DNA from: Candidatus Culexmicrobium cathedralense
GTDB taxonomy: Archaea > Thermoproteota > Methanomethylicia > Culexarchaeales > Culexmicrobiaceae
Assembly: GCA_025061115.1 (NCBI GenBank)
Contig: JANZKC010000001.1
Span: forward strand, 288,001 to 352,000
Direction: 5' to 3'
DNA length: 64,000 nt
In this document: positions 29,151-39,680 of the stretch, piece by piece
Layout: each line of letters begins with the position of its first letter
Numbering within the stretch: the stretch's first letter is position 1
The notes under the pieces: generated by a model
The model's database searches: none
What the model was told of the DNA's origin: nothing
The model's input: the letters and a program-made list of their open reading frames with translations, nothing else
Program-made: the position numbers and the translations under genes

Positions 29151-30092
29151 GTGAGGGAAGGCATGGATAGCAAGAAACTTGAATTTTGGGGCAAGAGCAG
29201 CCTAGTTGAAATGACTTCCAAGGAGCTGAAGATATACTTAGGCTGGGACCAAATAGTACTACCGCTAATATTCACTCAAAGCAGAGTGCCAACCAAAGTT
29301 ATACCGCTAAGCAGGATAAGGCGCATAAACCTTCGAAACGACATTAGGGTTGAAATTACTTGGGATGAAGCCGACGAGTCCGGCGTAATTTATAGAACTA
29401 TGCAAATAGAAATTGAGCTTCACAAGAACGATGCAAATAGGCTTTATCATGCCCTCCTCGACATAATGAAGGGCGTAAGCTTCAACAGAATAGTAGAGCG
29501 GTACTCACCTGAAGCTAAGCCGAAAAATGTGATTAGAGATGAAGAAGTCGTCATAATCTTCAATGACCACCACAAAATCGCATCAATAATTGAGCCCGAA
29601 ATCTATGAAAACTTCTATGAGGAAAAGGGAAAAAGGCTATTAATGCTCAAGCGAGGCGGCATATTTGTACCTAAACCAAAAACATACCTTCCACCACACA
29701 TCAAGCAAAGCATCCCATACTCAGAAGTGCAAAAAGTTGAACCTCCAGTTAAAAGAAATGGCAAATACGTGGTCAACGTGAGTCTAATTAATGGAGAAAC
29801 AATAAAAGTCAAATTCAACGACATTGGAAATGCAATTAATTTCCACCAAATGCTAAATAGCAGAGCATCAAAAGTAGAAAGAAGAGGAATTCAATTAAAG
29901 CCAACTACAGGCAAAACCCTAGCTGTAGGAGGAGTATTGTTCATAGCTTCATACTGGCTATTAACAAGCATTATAAGATTACCATCGAGAACTGCAAGCA
30001 TCTATGCACTAATGATCTGCCTACTTGGAATAGCAACTTCATGGCTTTTAAAGAGAAAAAGTGAAGGCTTCGCTACATCAGGTTACAAGTAG
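29151..30092 (+). CDS. Hypothetical protein, two PH-like domains and two C-terminal TM helices
   Basis: IPLSRIRRI and IPYSEVQKV motifs; hydrophobic C-terminus. Confidence 0.55.
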   Translation: MREGMDSKKLEFWGKSSLVEMTSKELKIYLGWDQIVLPLIFTQSRVPTKVIPLSRIRRINLRNDIRVEITWDEADESGVIYRTMQIEIELHKNDANRLYHALLDIMKGVSFNRIVERYSPEAKPKNVIRDEEVVIIFNDHHKIASIIEPEIYENFYEEKGKRLLMLKRGGIFVPKPKTYLPPHIKQSIPYSEVQKVEPPVKRNGKYVVNVSLINGETIKVKFNDIGNAINFHQMLNSRASKVERRGIQLKPTTGKTLAVGGVLFIASYWLLTSIIRLPSRTASIYALMICLLGIATSWLLKRKSEGFATSGYK

Positions 30093-31544
30093 ATGAAGCA
30101 AGCCACCTTGAACCGCCCTTCTAAACTCCAGTGCAATTCTATCGCCTAAACTCATTCTCCTTGCATATCTTGCATTGACATACTGCCCGCCAATTCCCAT
30201 GTGAACGTTAGTTCCTCCCCCATGCCTTAAAGCAAGATCCTGAGTAACTGGAATGTGCATTGGAGCCTCAGCCTTAGAGGTATCGTAGAGCCCAAAGCTC
30301 AACTCATCAACAGCAATTTGAGGCTTTAAACTAGCAGGCAAACCATACTCGCTGGGCAAACCCCAAGTTATTAGGGTCTGCAAGCACCATGCACCAATAA
30401 TTCCAGGAGGCTCATGCTCCCTCAAAGTAAGTATCAATCTATTTGCGCACCTAAGCACATCCTTCAACAGCGACTCCCTAATGCTTACAAGCGCGTGAAG
30501 CGTAACTTCAAATGATGGAGTGATCTTCTCCAACAGCTTTAACTGCACATCCGCGGGAAGCCTCTTCAACCCATCAAGAATGGTTTCTCTACGCTCATCA
30601 ATAGATAGAAACTCATTAGCCAAGCAGGTTCTCGCTTCATCCAACATCAACTTATAAAGCTTAGCATAAAACTCCTCTACGCTTCCCCAGCTCTTCAACT
30701 CATTCAATGGTGAGAAGAAGAAGTTGAAGTTAGCGTGTGGCCCCAAAATCAGCTCTTCAACCCTAGCATGCTTCAAGCACTCCAAAGTTAGCTCTCCACG
30801 CTCAATCGCCCTCTCAACCCTTAATTCCAAATCCTCCGAATCCGCAGCGAAAATGAAAGCTCTCTCAAACTCGCGCTCAGGATGAGGAGCCTTCAAAATT
30901 AATGGCCTATCAACTCGCTCTTTAAGGGAAATGCCGCTCGCAGTAACTTTAAACTCAATAGCTTTTGGATATGGTATTCCAGCCTTCTCCAAAAACCAAT
31001 AATAATCCCTCTCAATACCTCTATTCTCAATTTTTAGAAGCCTTCTAGACCCAAAGATCGGTACGGAAAAGTCATTCTCAATTTTAGAGCAATAGTCGTC
31101 TCCACCCACATAAACGGTGAAAGCCCTATTTGGAATTTGAACTGCTTCAAGCTCAATCAACTCATCAACATGCTTGAGAATTTCATCATACCTGTCAAGC
31201 ACTAGAATAGCGTACCTCCACTTCCTCCCCTTCAAGTCCTTTAAATCGCTAACAACATGAACATCCCTTGAAACAACTGCGGGAAGATCCTCAATAAACT
31301 CATCAGGCTTCCCAGCAATAGCATTTTGAAGATAAATTACTGCTCTCTCCCTAGTAGTGTAAATTATTGCTTTAAGGCCGTAATCCCTAGCTCCACTCCA
31401 AGCATCAAGTGCAGAGTGGGAACCAATAATAAGCATGCTTGGATTCTCATAGCTCTTTGCTATTTCCTGCATTTCCAACCTATCAATCAACGCATCATCT
31501 CCTCCATCACGAAGAAGCTGAAGATTCATAACGCGTATGTCCAA
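30078..31544 (-). CDS. purP: PurP-like ATP-grasp protein (DUF1246/DUF1297, ERxF-type subfamily)
   Basis: GSHSALD, IPNRAF.VY, ERAFIFA, GGGTNVHM, MSLGDRIALE. Confidence 0.8.
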   Translation of the reverse strand: MDIRVMNLQLLRDGGDDALIDRLEMQEIAKSYENPSMLIIGSHSALDAWSGARDYGLKAIIYTTRERAVIYLQNAIAGKPDEFIEDLPAVVSRDVHVVSDLKDLKGRKWRYAILVLDRYDEILKHVDELIELEAVQIPNRAFTVYVGGDDYCSKIENDFSVPIFGSRRLLKIENRGIERDYYWFLEKAGIPYPKAIEFKVTASGISLKERVDRPLILKAPHPEREFERAFIFAADSEDLELRVERAIERGELTLECLKHARVEELILGPHANFNFFFSPLNELKSWGSVEEFYAKLYKLMLDEARTCLANEFLSIDERRETILDGLKRLPADVQLKLLEKITPSFEVTLHALVSIRESLLKDVLRCANRLILTLREHEPPGIIGAWCLQTLITWGLPSEYGLPASLKPQIAVDELSFGLYDTSKAEAPMHIPVTQDLALRHGGGTNVHMGIGGQYVNARYARRMSLGDRIALEFRRAVQGGLLHLLVT

Positions 31545-31716
31545 CGGAATGCCGGTCCAATAAGCAATCTTAATAAATTTAATATAAGCTTAACCTTACA
31601 AAATCACATAAATTTTAAACAATCAATTAAAATTTGGGAAGTGGACACAACTTAAAATATGGAGAAGCCAAGTATTATTCGGCGAATCATGTTCAAGATC
31701 CGATTGAGGTGAATCC

Positions 31717-33081
31717 ATGAGCATTAAATTTGAATCAACCCCTGTATGTCCACTAGAATGGAGGTATGGAAGCCAAGAAATGAAAAGGCTATTCACCAAG
31801 GAAAACCTCCTAAGAGTCAGGCTAATGGTTGAAGCTGCACTTGCACACGGCTTGGCAGCCTCAGGAATAATAGATCCAAAAGCAGCTGAAGAAATTGAAA
31901 GGGCCATTGGAAAAGTGGATTTGAAAAGGGTTGAAGAGATAGAGGCAAAAATAGGTCACGACATCATGGCTCTAGCTTTAAGCTTAGCAGAAGCAGCAGG
32001 AGAAGCTGGAAAGTACGTCCATCTCGGAGCAACAAGCTACGATATCGTAGATACGGCTTGGGCCGTAATACTTCGAGACGCGCTTAAGATAGTTAAGAAC
32101 AAGCTAGCCCAAGTAATCAAAATCCTAATGAAATATTCAAAGGAATTCGAGGAAACCATGATGCCGGGAAGAACCCACGGCCAACACGCACTTCCAATAA
32201 CACTTGGATTCAAATTTGCAAACTATGTTTACGAGCTAGCCAGAAGCTACGAAAGAATAGTTGAACTCGAAAGGAGATTGATCAAAGGCAAGATGGCCGG
32301 AGCAGTTGGAACAATGGCAGCATGGGGCGAAAATGGATTCACCATTGAAAGAGAAACGCTAAGAAAATTGAACTTAGAGCCACATGCAATTTCAACCCAA
32401 GTAGCTCCAAGAGACAGCTTTGCAGAGCTGGTTTCAGCCATCGCAATTCTTGCAAGTCAGCTTGATAGGCTTGCCATTGAAGTGAGAGAGCTAATGAGGC
32501 CGGAAATAGATGAATTAGCTGAAGGAATAGGTGAGAGAGTTGGAAGCAGCACAATGCCCCAAAAGAAAAATCCGGTTACAGCAGAAAAAATTTCAGGGTT
32601 AGCAAAAATCATTAGAAGCTTAACCATAGCAGCACTGGAAAACATCCCGCTATGGCATGAAAGAGATCTAACTAACAGCAGCAGTGAACGAATAATAATT
32701 CCACACACCATGATAACCATAGATGAAATGCTAAACTCAACCATAAGCCTCCTAAGAAACCTAATAATTAAGCCAGAAAAAATGATGAGAAACCTGCAAT
32801 TAACAGGCGGAGCAATAATGTCGGAAGCAATAATGATGGCGCTTGCAAGGAAGGGATTAGCTAGACACGAAGCCCACAGCATACTGAGAAGAATAATGAA
32901 GAAAGCGGAAAGAAATAAGAAAAGCTTCAAAGAAGAGCTTCTCAAAGACGAGGACATAAAGAAGTACTTGACTGAAAGGGAGGTTGAAGAGCTCCTAAAA
33001 CCAGAAAAATACTTGGGGCAGACAGAAAAACTTATTGATAGAGCATTAAGGTACGCTGAAGAAGTTCTAGGTCATAAATAG
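31717..33081 (+). CDS. purB: Adenylosuccinate lyase
   Basis: HLGATSYD, GRTHGQHA, GSSTMPQKKNP, HERDLTNSS. Confidence 0.97.
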   Translation: MSIKFESTPVCPLEWRYGSQEMKRLFTKENLLRVRLMVEAALAHGLAASGIIDPKAAEEIERAIGKVDLKRVEEIEAKIGHDIMALALSLAEAAGEAGKYVHLGATSYDIVDTAWAVILRDALKIVKNKLAQVIKILMKYSKEFEETMMPGRTHGQHALPITLGFKFANYVYELARSYERIVELERRLIKGKMAGAVGTMAAWGENGFTIERETLRKLNLEPHAISTQVAPRDSFAELVSAIAILASQLDRLAIEVRELMRPEIDELAEGIGERVGSSTMPQKKNPVTAEKISGLAKIIRSLTIAALENIPLWHERDLTNSSSERIIIPHTMITIDEMLNSTISLLRNLIIKPEKMMRNLQLTGGAIMSEAIMMALARKGLARHEAHSILRRIMKKAERNKKSFKEELLKDEDIKKYLTEREVEELLKPEKYLGQTEKLIDRALRYAEEVLGHK

Positions 33082-33139
33082 CTTGTAAAATACGTAAGAA
33101 GGCATAGAACGATGACAATATAGTATTTCTATAGAAATG

Positions 33140-34333
33140 CTAAACCTTTAACCTCCTACGATAAGCAAAATCCCCATAATCGCTTCTTATAATAAGTTCA
33201 TTATATTGTGCAACGCCCTTCTCAACCCTTCCAATAATGTAGGCATCCACCCCAAACCTATCACAAATGCTAATAACATCTTCAGCACACTCCCTATCAA
33301 CTATGAACTCGAAGCCCACACCCATGTTAAAAACTTCATACATTTCCCTCCAACCCACCTTCCCCTCACGCTGAATTAATAGGAAAATTGGATCTGGAGG
33401 GGGAAGGCTGTCCTTGACGTAGCGGACGTTTAAGCCGACCCTCAATATCTTCGTCAATCCTCCACCAGTATTGTGAACCAAGCCCTTAACTGCGCTTCCA
33501 CACTTCTCAAGCACTTCAGCAATTATTGGAGCATAAATGCGAGTTGGAGAGAGGAGAGCCTCCCCAACAGTCATTCTCAACTCATCCAAGTAGTCGTCAA
33601 CGCGGAATCGCCCATAATACTTTCTATCAGATGAGGACTCACAAACTTCAGGATACCTTAATGCATACTCTCCAGTTAATAGGGAGTGCCTAGCCAAAGT
33701 CAGCCCATTACACATTATACCACTATTCTCAAACTTCTCGAACTTCGCTCTCCCACCACTTCTAAGTCCAACAATGACATCGCCTGCAGCAACCCCATCA
33801 CCACTAATAGCCTTTGAAAGATCGACAGTGGCAAAAACAACTCCAACTACATCGAGAGTCCTAACTTGATCAGGAAGGTCGGCCGTCTCTCCACCAGCAA
33901 ATAATAATCTGAATTTCCTACTTAAATTGCAGCTTGAAGTTGAAAGGAAATTTAGCACTTCCTTAAAGCCAACGCTTAATTCCTTTAGAACTTCAAGTCG
34001 AGGTAGATTTAATGGATTAATTGCAATGTAATCGGCAAATAAAATTGGCTCAGCACCTACAGTGACTACGTCATCAACGTTCATTGCAACAACATCTTGA
34101 GCTAAACCCCTAAACCACCTAACATCGCCAGTTTCCCTGAAATATAGGTATGAAATCACAGGCTTACTGCCAGCTCCATCGACATGGAGAATCAAGCCTT
34201 CACCAAACCTATCATCCTTAATAATGCTCGCAAAAGCATGAGGATAAACTTCCTCAACTAACCTCTTGAAGAACTCCACTCCAGACTTACGCACATCAAC
34301 GCCAAGCTCCAGATACTTGGACCCGTCAGCCAT
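33140..34333 (-). CDS. purM: AIR synthetase
   Basis: DGAGSK, AMNVDD, GGETAD, HNTGGG, EMYEVFNMG. Confidence 0.93.
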   Translation of the reverse strand: MADGSKYLELGVDVRKSGVEFFKRLVEEVYPHAFASIIKDDRFGEGLILHVDGAGSKPVISYLYFRETGDVRWFRGLAQDVVAMNVDDVVTVGAEPILFADYIAINPLNLPRLEVLKELSVGFKEVLNFLSTSSCNLSRKFRLLFAGGETADLPDQVRTLDVVGVVFATVDLSKAISGDGVAAGDVIVGLRSGGRAKFEKFENSGIMCNGLTLARHSLLTGEYALRYPEVCESSSDRKYYGRFRVDDYLDELRMTVGEALLSPTRIYAPIIAEVLEKCGSAVKGLVHNTGGGLTKILRVGLNVRYVKDSLPPPDPIFLLIQREGKVGWREMYEVFNMGVGFEFIVDRECAEDVISICDRFGVDAYIIGRVEKGVAQYNELIIRSDYGDFAYRRRLKV

Positions 34334-34393
34334 TTACCATCAAGTTAAGTATCAACCTTAAATCTATTTAACCTTATACTAACCTACGTCAAG

Positions 34394-34861
34394 GTGATTT
34401 CCATGCCGAAGGTGTCATTAATAATAGGAAGTGAAAGCGATAGGATGTTGGGAGATAAAATTCACAATCTACTCAAGAAATTCGAAGTTGAAGTTGAATA
34501 TAGAATTTTATCAGCCCACAGGAATCCAAGGGAATTGGAGAACTACATTAATGAAACAGAAGCCGAGGTTTTCATAGCAGTTGCAGGACTATCAGCTGCA
34601 CTTCCAGGCTTCATTGCATCCAGAACATTAAAGCCAGTCATAGGAGTACCCAGAAGCGTTAAACTAGGAGGGCTCGACGCACTGCTCTCAATAGCTCAAA
34701 TGCCCCCAGGAGTACCAGTGGCGTGCATGGGCATAGATAATGGCGAAAACGCAGCTCTACTAGCAATATCAATTCTAGCCCTGAAATATCCAGACCTCAA
34801 GGAAAAGCTCGAAAAATATAGAGAGGAGAGAGCTGGGAAAAGCGCCAAAATAATAAGTTGA
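34394..34861 (+). CDS. purE: PurE (AIR carboxylase / N5-CAIR mutase)
   Basis: [35 protein letters not shown]. Confidence 0.95.
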   Translation: MISMPKVSLIIGSESDRMLGDKIHNLLKKFEVEVEYRILSAHRNPRELENYINETEAEVFIAVAGLSAALPGFIASRTLKPVIGVPRSVKLGGLDALLSIAQMPPGVPVACMGIDNGENAALLAISILALKYPDLKEKLEKYREERAGKSAKIIS

Positions 34862-34868
34862 GGGAAAA

Positions 34869-35675
34869 TTAAGCAATTTCATCCACAATGTAGCCGACCA
34901 TGGATCTAAAGATTAGCCATCCATCAGCATATGTTGAATCAACCACTCCACTTGAAGTGTAATCTGGAAGCTGCCATGAGTAAACAGCCCTCTCAGGATG
35001 AGGCATTAAACCCAAAACATTACCCTTAGGATTGCATATGCCAGCTAAGTCGTAAATGGAGCCATTTGGATTTAAGGGATACTCACCATTAGCAGGCTCA
35101 CCATTTGGCTTAGCATACCTAAAAACAATTTGATCCTGAGCAATTAGCCTATGCAAATAATCTTCACTGCCAAGTATGAATCGACCCTCACTATGAGCAA
35201 CAGGCATTCTAAGCACAGCTCCAAAAGGCAATTCCCTAGTGAAAATGCACTTCCCCCTATTTTCATGCCTCAAGTAAATCCACCTAGCCTCAAATTTAGC
35301 TGAAGTATTTGGAGCAAGAGCAGCTTGAGGCTCCTCCCCAAAACTCCATCCTGGAAGTAAGCCGAGCTCCACCAACACTTGAAAGCCATTGCAAATACCC
35401 AATATTGGCCTTCCACTTTCAGCAAAATTCAAAAACGAGCGCCATAAATGCGCTTTCAATTTCTTAGCCCAAATAGCTCCAGCCCTAACTCTATCTCCAT
35501 AGGAAAAGCCGCCTGGAATAACAAGACCATGATAGTCGAATAGGTTCAACCTGCCATCAACAAGCCTATTAGCGTGAACTACATCAGCTACGGCTCCAGA
35601 CTCCCTCAAGGCTCTAGCAGTTTCTTCATCGCAATTGGTTCCAGGAGCCCTAAGCACTAAAACCTTAACCCTCAT
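34869..35675 (-). CDS. purQ: FGAM synthase glutaminase subunit
   Basis: PGTNCD, PGGFSYGD, GICNGFQ, MPHPER. Confidence 0.96.
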   Translation of the reverse strand: MRVKVLVLRAPGTNCDEETARALRESGAVADVVHANRLVDGRLNLFDYHGLVIPGGFSYGDRVRAGAIWAKKLKAHLWRSFLNFAESGRPILGICNGFQVLVELGLLPGWSFGEEPQAALAPNTSAKFEARWIYLRHENRGKCIFTRELPFGAVLRMPVAHSEGRFILGSEDYLHRLIAQDQIVFRYAKPNGEPANGEYPLNPNGSIYDLAGICNPKGNVLGLMPHPERAVYSWQLPDYTSSGVVDSTYADGWLIFRSMVGYIVDEIA

Positions 35676-38050
35676 TTCAAACCACTCTTCCAAGCATTTC
35701 GAAGCTCCCGTAAACTTAAATTAACAATGCAGCATTCACCATTTATACCGTAAATCTCAAGCCTACTCCTACTAGTAACTTCTCCAATTAAGGAGTAGGC
35801 GCAGCTCACCGACGATGCAAGCCTCTCAAACTCGCTTCTAAACTCCCTCTTTACCTCAACTAGGAAGCGGCCATTACTCTCAGAAAACAGCAAATGGTCA
35901 TTTCTATCAACATTTATTCTCCTAACCCTATTAAGCCAAATTTCAGCTCCAAAATCGCTTGAAAAAGCCATTTCAGCAATAGCTACTCCCAAGCCTCCAT
36001 CAGAAAGGTCATGGCAGGAAGCAATGAAGCCCAGGTCAATCGCCTCAGTAATGCACTTCATAGCCCTCTTCGACTCATCAGCATAAACCTTGGGAACCGA
36101 ACTACCAACATAACCTTTAAGCCTATAGTACTCTGAGCCGCCAAGTTCTCTGCGGGTTAAGCCAATCAAGTAAATTGGATTTCCAGGCCGCTTAAAATCA
36201 ACTGAAACAGCCTTCCTAATATCAGGGATAACGCCAACAGCAGTTATAAGCAAAGTGTACAGTACGGGTCCAAGGGGAGACTCGTTGTAAAGGCTATCCT
36301 TACCAGATATGAATGGAACGTTAAAAATCTTAGCAAAATCATAGCACGCCTTAACTGCCTTAAAAAGCGCTCCAAGCCTATCAGGCTTTTCTGGATTCCC
36401 CCACGTAAAGTTATCTAGGATTGATATGCGCCTCCCACCAACAGCCACATTATTTCTCAAGGCCTCCTCAATACTTGAAGCAGCCATCCAATATGGATCA
36501 ATCCTACTGTACCATGGCTTCAAACCCACAGATATGACCACGCCCTTCCAAGAATCATCTAAGGGCTTTAATACAACGGCGTCATTTGGGCCGCCGTGAA
36601 TGCCTTGAAGAGGCTTCAAAGCAGTGTTACCCTGCACTTCATGATCATAGGTCCTAATAACCCCCTCCTTGCTAGCAATATTAGGCGAGGAAAGAAGCTT
36701 CAACAGCTCTTCAGCTAAGTCATCAGGCTCAGGAAAATCAGGTTCAATAGGAACTTCAGCTCTTAAACTAGCTCTCCTAACAATCCTTGGCGGGGAAAGG
36801 AGAAAGTCTACATTTAAATCAGCAATCAAGAAACCCTTAAAGTAAATCTTAATCGAATCAGATGAAGTAAATTCACCTATAACTGAGGCTTCAAGCTCCT
36901 CCTCGCCGACTATCTCCAAGACGCGTTCAACATTCCCCTTTGGAACAGCAAGCAGCATTCGCTCCTGAGATTCAGAAATCCAAATCTCCCAAGGAGCCAT
37001 TCCAAGTTCTCTCAAATGCAACTTATCGAGAAAAACCTCTGCACCTCCACCCATTCTATGAGCCATTTCAGCAATGGCAACTGCAAGCCCCCCACCGCCC
37101 AAGTCAGTTATGCCTGAACCCAACCCCTCATCCCTAATTCTAAGTACAGCTCTCCTCAACTTCTCCTCTTCAATTGGATCTGGAATTTGAACAGCAGATC
37201 GGTAGGAAAGCTCTGAATCCTCCCTCAAATCAGCTGACGCAAAAGTTGCTCCATGAATTCCATCCCTCCCAGTCTTATTTCCAACAACAATTATCGAATC
37301 ACCCGGACTAACTTTCCAAAAATACTTGGACTTCGGCAAAACTCCAACGCAGCCAGCATAGACAATGACATTGCCAACATAACCTTCATCAAAGCATATG
37401 GCTCCAGCAACGGTAGGTATACCCATGTTATTTCCATAATGACCTATTCCAGCAACAACTCCCCTAAAGAGGTATCTTGGATGCTTAATGCCTGGCGGCA
37501 ATTTCTCATAAGGGTAGTTTAATGGCCCAAAGCAGAGCACATCGATCAGCGCTATAGGCTTAGCCCAAACTCCAAGTACATCGCGAATTACACCTCCAAC
37601 TCCAGTAGCTGCTCCACCAAATGGATCTATAGCTGAAGGATGATTGTGGGTTTCAACCTTAACTGCAATAGCGTAGTCCTCAGTAAAGTCTATTATCCCA
37701 GCATTATCCTTCAAGAATGAGATAACCCACGGAGCATTAACCTCCACGGTCGCCCTCTCAATAAAGCTTTTCAGCATGTTCTCAACCAAAACATTTCCAC
37801 GCTCATCAACGATAGTTGCTTTAAACGTCTTATGCCTACAGTGCTCAGACCAAAGCTGACCAATTGTTTGCAGCTCAATATCAGTTGGATTTCTCCCCAA
37901 TCGCTTAAAATAGCTCTTAACTGCGATCATTTCGCTTAAACTCAAATTTAGCCCCATGACTGAGCTTATTTCCAGAAGCTCATCCTCTGAAGCCTCCAAA
38001 ACTTCAACTTCATATATTTCAAATGGCATTGGCAGCTTCCTGAACTTCAT
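35672..38050 (-). CDS. purL: FGAM synthase subunit
   Basis: WSEHCRHK, ETHNHPS, SESQERM, SGKDSLYN. Confidence 0.97.
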   Translation of the reverse strand: MKFRKLPMPFEIYEVEVLEASEDELLEISSVMGLNLSLSEMIAVKSYFKRLGRNPTDIELQTIGQLWSEHCRHKTFKATIVDERGNVLVENMLKSFIERATVEVNAPWVISFLKDNAGIIDFTEDYAIAVKVETHNHPSAIDPFGGAATGVGGVIRDVLGVWAKPIALIDVLCFGPLNYPYEKLPPGIKHPRYLFRGVVAGIGHYGNNMGIPTVAGAICFDEGYVGNVIVYAGCVGVLPKSKYFWKVSPGDSIIVVGNKTGRDGIHGATFASADLREDSELSYRSAVQIPDPIEEEKLRRAVLRIRDEGLGSGITDLGGGGLAVAIAEMAHRMGGGAEVFLDKLHLRELGMAPWEIWISESQERMLLAVPKGNVERVLEIVGEEELEASVIGEFTSSDSIKIYFKGFLIADLNVDFLLSPPRIVRRASLRAEVPIEPDFPEPDDLAEELLKLLSSPNIASKEGVIRTYDHEVQGNTALKPLQGIHGGPNDAVVLKPLDDSWKGVVISVGLKPWYSRIDPYWMAASSIEEALRNNVAVGGRRISILDNFTWGNPEKPDRLGALFKAVKACYDFAKIFNVPFISGKDSLYNESPLGPVLYTLLITAVGVIPDIRKAVSVDFKRPGNPIYLIGLTRRELGGSEYYRLKGYVGSSVPKVYADESKRAMKCITEAIDLGFIASCHDLSDGGLGVAIAEMAFSSDFGAEIWLNRVRRINVDRNDHLLFSESNGRFLVEVKREFRSEFERLASSVSCAYSLIGEVTSRSRLEIYGINGECCIVNLSLRELRNAWKSGLK

Positions 38051-38298
38051 GCCCTCTCAACCCTAAACACATAATTGTCCTTAACTGGATTGGCTAGAAG
38101 CCTCCTGCACATTTCCTCTACCATTCGCTTAGCATCACCTTCATCCTCAGCTTCAAGCAATATTCGATAGACCTTCCCCACTCGAGTTGAAGTCACTTGG
38201 TATCCCAAGTCCCTTAAAGCCTCCATTACAGCCTGCCCCTCAGCATCCACAAGACCCTCTTTAAGCCAAACCTCAACCCAAGCCACAAACCTAACCAT
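38047..38298 (-). CDS. purS: FGAM synthase small subunit
   Basis: LK.G..D.EG.AV, LLANPV. Confidence 0.93.
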   Translation of the reverse strand: MVRFVAWVEVWLKEGLVDAEGQAVMEALRDLGYQVTSTRVGKVYRILLEAEDEGDAKRMVEEMCRRLLANPVKDNYVFRVERA

Positions 38299-38306
38299 AA
38301 AACCAC

Positions 38307-39680
38307 CTAAAACGCGTATGCTATGCACTTTTCAGCAAAATGAGCTATTTGCTCGGCAATTTTCCTGGCCGTGGCGAGATCTTCATGGCAAGCCATAGCT
38401 AAACCCATCCTCCTAGCAGGATAGGCTGTGGGCTTCCCGAAATACCATACGTCACCGGGAAGCCCTCTCCTTCTAATGTAAGAGTAAATGGAGAATGCAT
38501 CCCACTTCACAACTGCAGCGGACTTGAAGTCGCGCTCCGGAGCTAGAATCACGTGAGCAACATAGTACTTGTCATCGGATATGAGCTCCACATCAGATTC
38601 AATCACTGGAAGACCCATTGAAGCTAATAGGTGCAGCTCGCCCTCATCTCTCCTTAAAGCCCACCTAGTCACCATGCCAGTATCATGAGGTCTATTAGCA
38701 AACTCGCTATTGAAAACCTCTCCATCCAAAACGAACTGCTCAATAGCATAGATGCCAACTCCACCCAAGTAGTCGGCTATCCTCCTAGCGTAATCCTGAC
38801 ATTTACGCTTAACATCCTCCGAAATGGTATATGGAAGCCAGCTCTCATGATAGGTTGCCTCAGGCCTATAATGCTCAATGGGCGGAAGAAGCGTGGTGAC
38901 AATGTTTCCACCTTCATCGAAGTGCCTTAAAACAAGTTGAGTAACTTCAACCCCCCTAACCTTGAGGTCAGATAGGTAGCGCTCAACAATAACTTCATCT
39001 CCCTTCCCCCTTGCATGCTTAACCGCATAATCATATGCCCTCTCAACATCAGCCCACGTTCTAGCTATAGTAGTTCCATGACCGCTGGACGTCATTATTG
39101 GCTTGATTATTAGCGGTAGACCCATATCCCTAGCAACCCTCTTCAACTCATCTTCGCTATCGGCATAAGCCCACTCAACCCTTGGAACAGCAACTTTATC
39201 GAATAATAGTTTGGTGCTAAGTCTATCCATCCCTATGAGTGGAGCATATGGAGTTGAAATAACATTATAGCCCTCCTCAACGCCCAGCTTAAATATCCTC
39301 AAGGTGTCGGCGCGCTCAATCTCAAGAAATATGGCGTGTGGATTGTCCTCAGGGTTCTCAACATATTTTTTAATGCACTTTTCAAGCAAATCTCCATTAA
39401 GCATGTCCACAACTTCACATTCATCCGCTACATCCTGAGCCGGAAAGCCCTCATACCTATCTATGGCCACAGTCTTCACTCCACCATTAACTCCACCAAA
39501 AACCCTCTTAGCCGCAGTTAATACTAGATCTCCAAGCTCGCCGCCTCCTATAGATATGTACGTGAATGGCTTCCTTGGATTTAATTCAACAAGCGGCTTC
39601 AACCGCTCCTCATACTCTCTCTTAAAGGAGTGAGCTTCATCGATTAATTTAAGCCTGGATTCAATAGCCTTCAACTTCAA
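38307..39680 (-). CDS. purT: Formate-dependent GAR transformylase
   Basis: GGGELG, KPIMTSSGHG, YHESW, RPHDTGMVT, FGKP..RRMG. Confidence 0.9.
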   Translation of the reverse strand: MKLKAIESRLKLIDEAHSFKREYEERLKPLVELNPRKPFTYISIGGGELGDLVLTAAKRVFGGVNGGVKTVAIDRYEGFPAQDVADECEVVDMLNGDLLEKCIKKYVENPEDNPHAIFLEIERADTLRIFKLGVEEGYNVISTPYAPLIGMDRLSTKLLFDKVAVPRVEWAYADSEDELKRVARDMGLPLIIKPIMTSSGHGTTIARTWADVERAYDYAVKHARGKGDEVIVERYLSDLKVRGVEVTQLVLRHFDEGGNIVTTLLPPIEHYRPEATYHESWLPYTISEDVKRKCQDYARRIADYLGGVGIYAIEQFVLDGEVFNSEFANRPHDTGMVTRWALRRDEGELHLLASMGLPVIESDVELISDDKYYVAHVILAPERDFKSAAVVKWDAFSIYSYIRRRGLPGDVWYFGKPTAYPARRMGLAMACHEDLATARKIAEQIAHFAEKCIAYAF

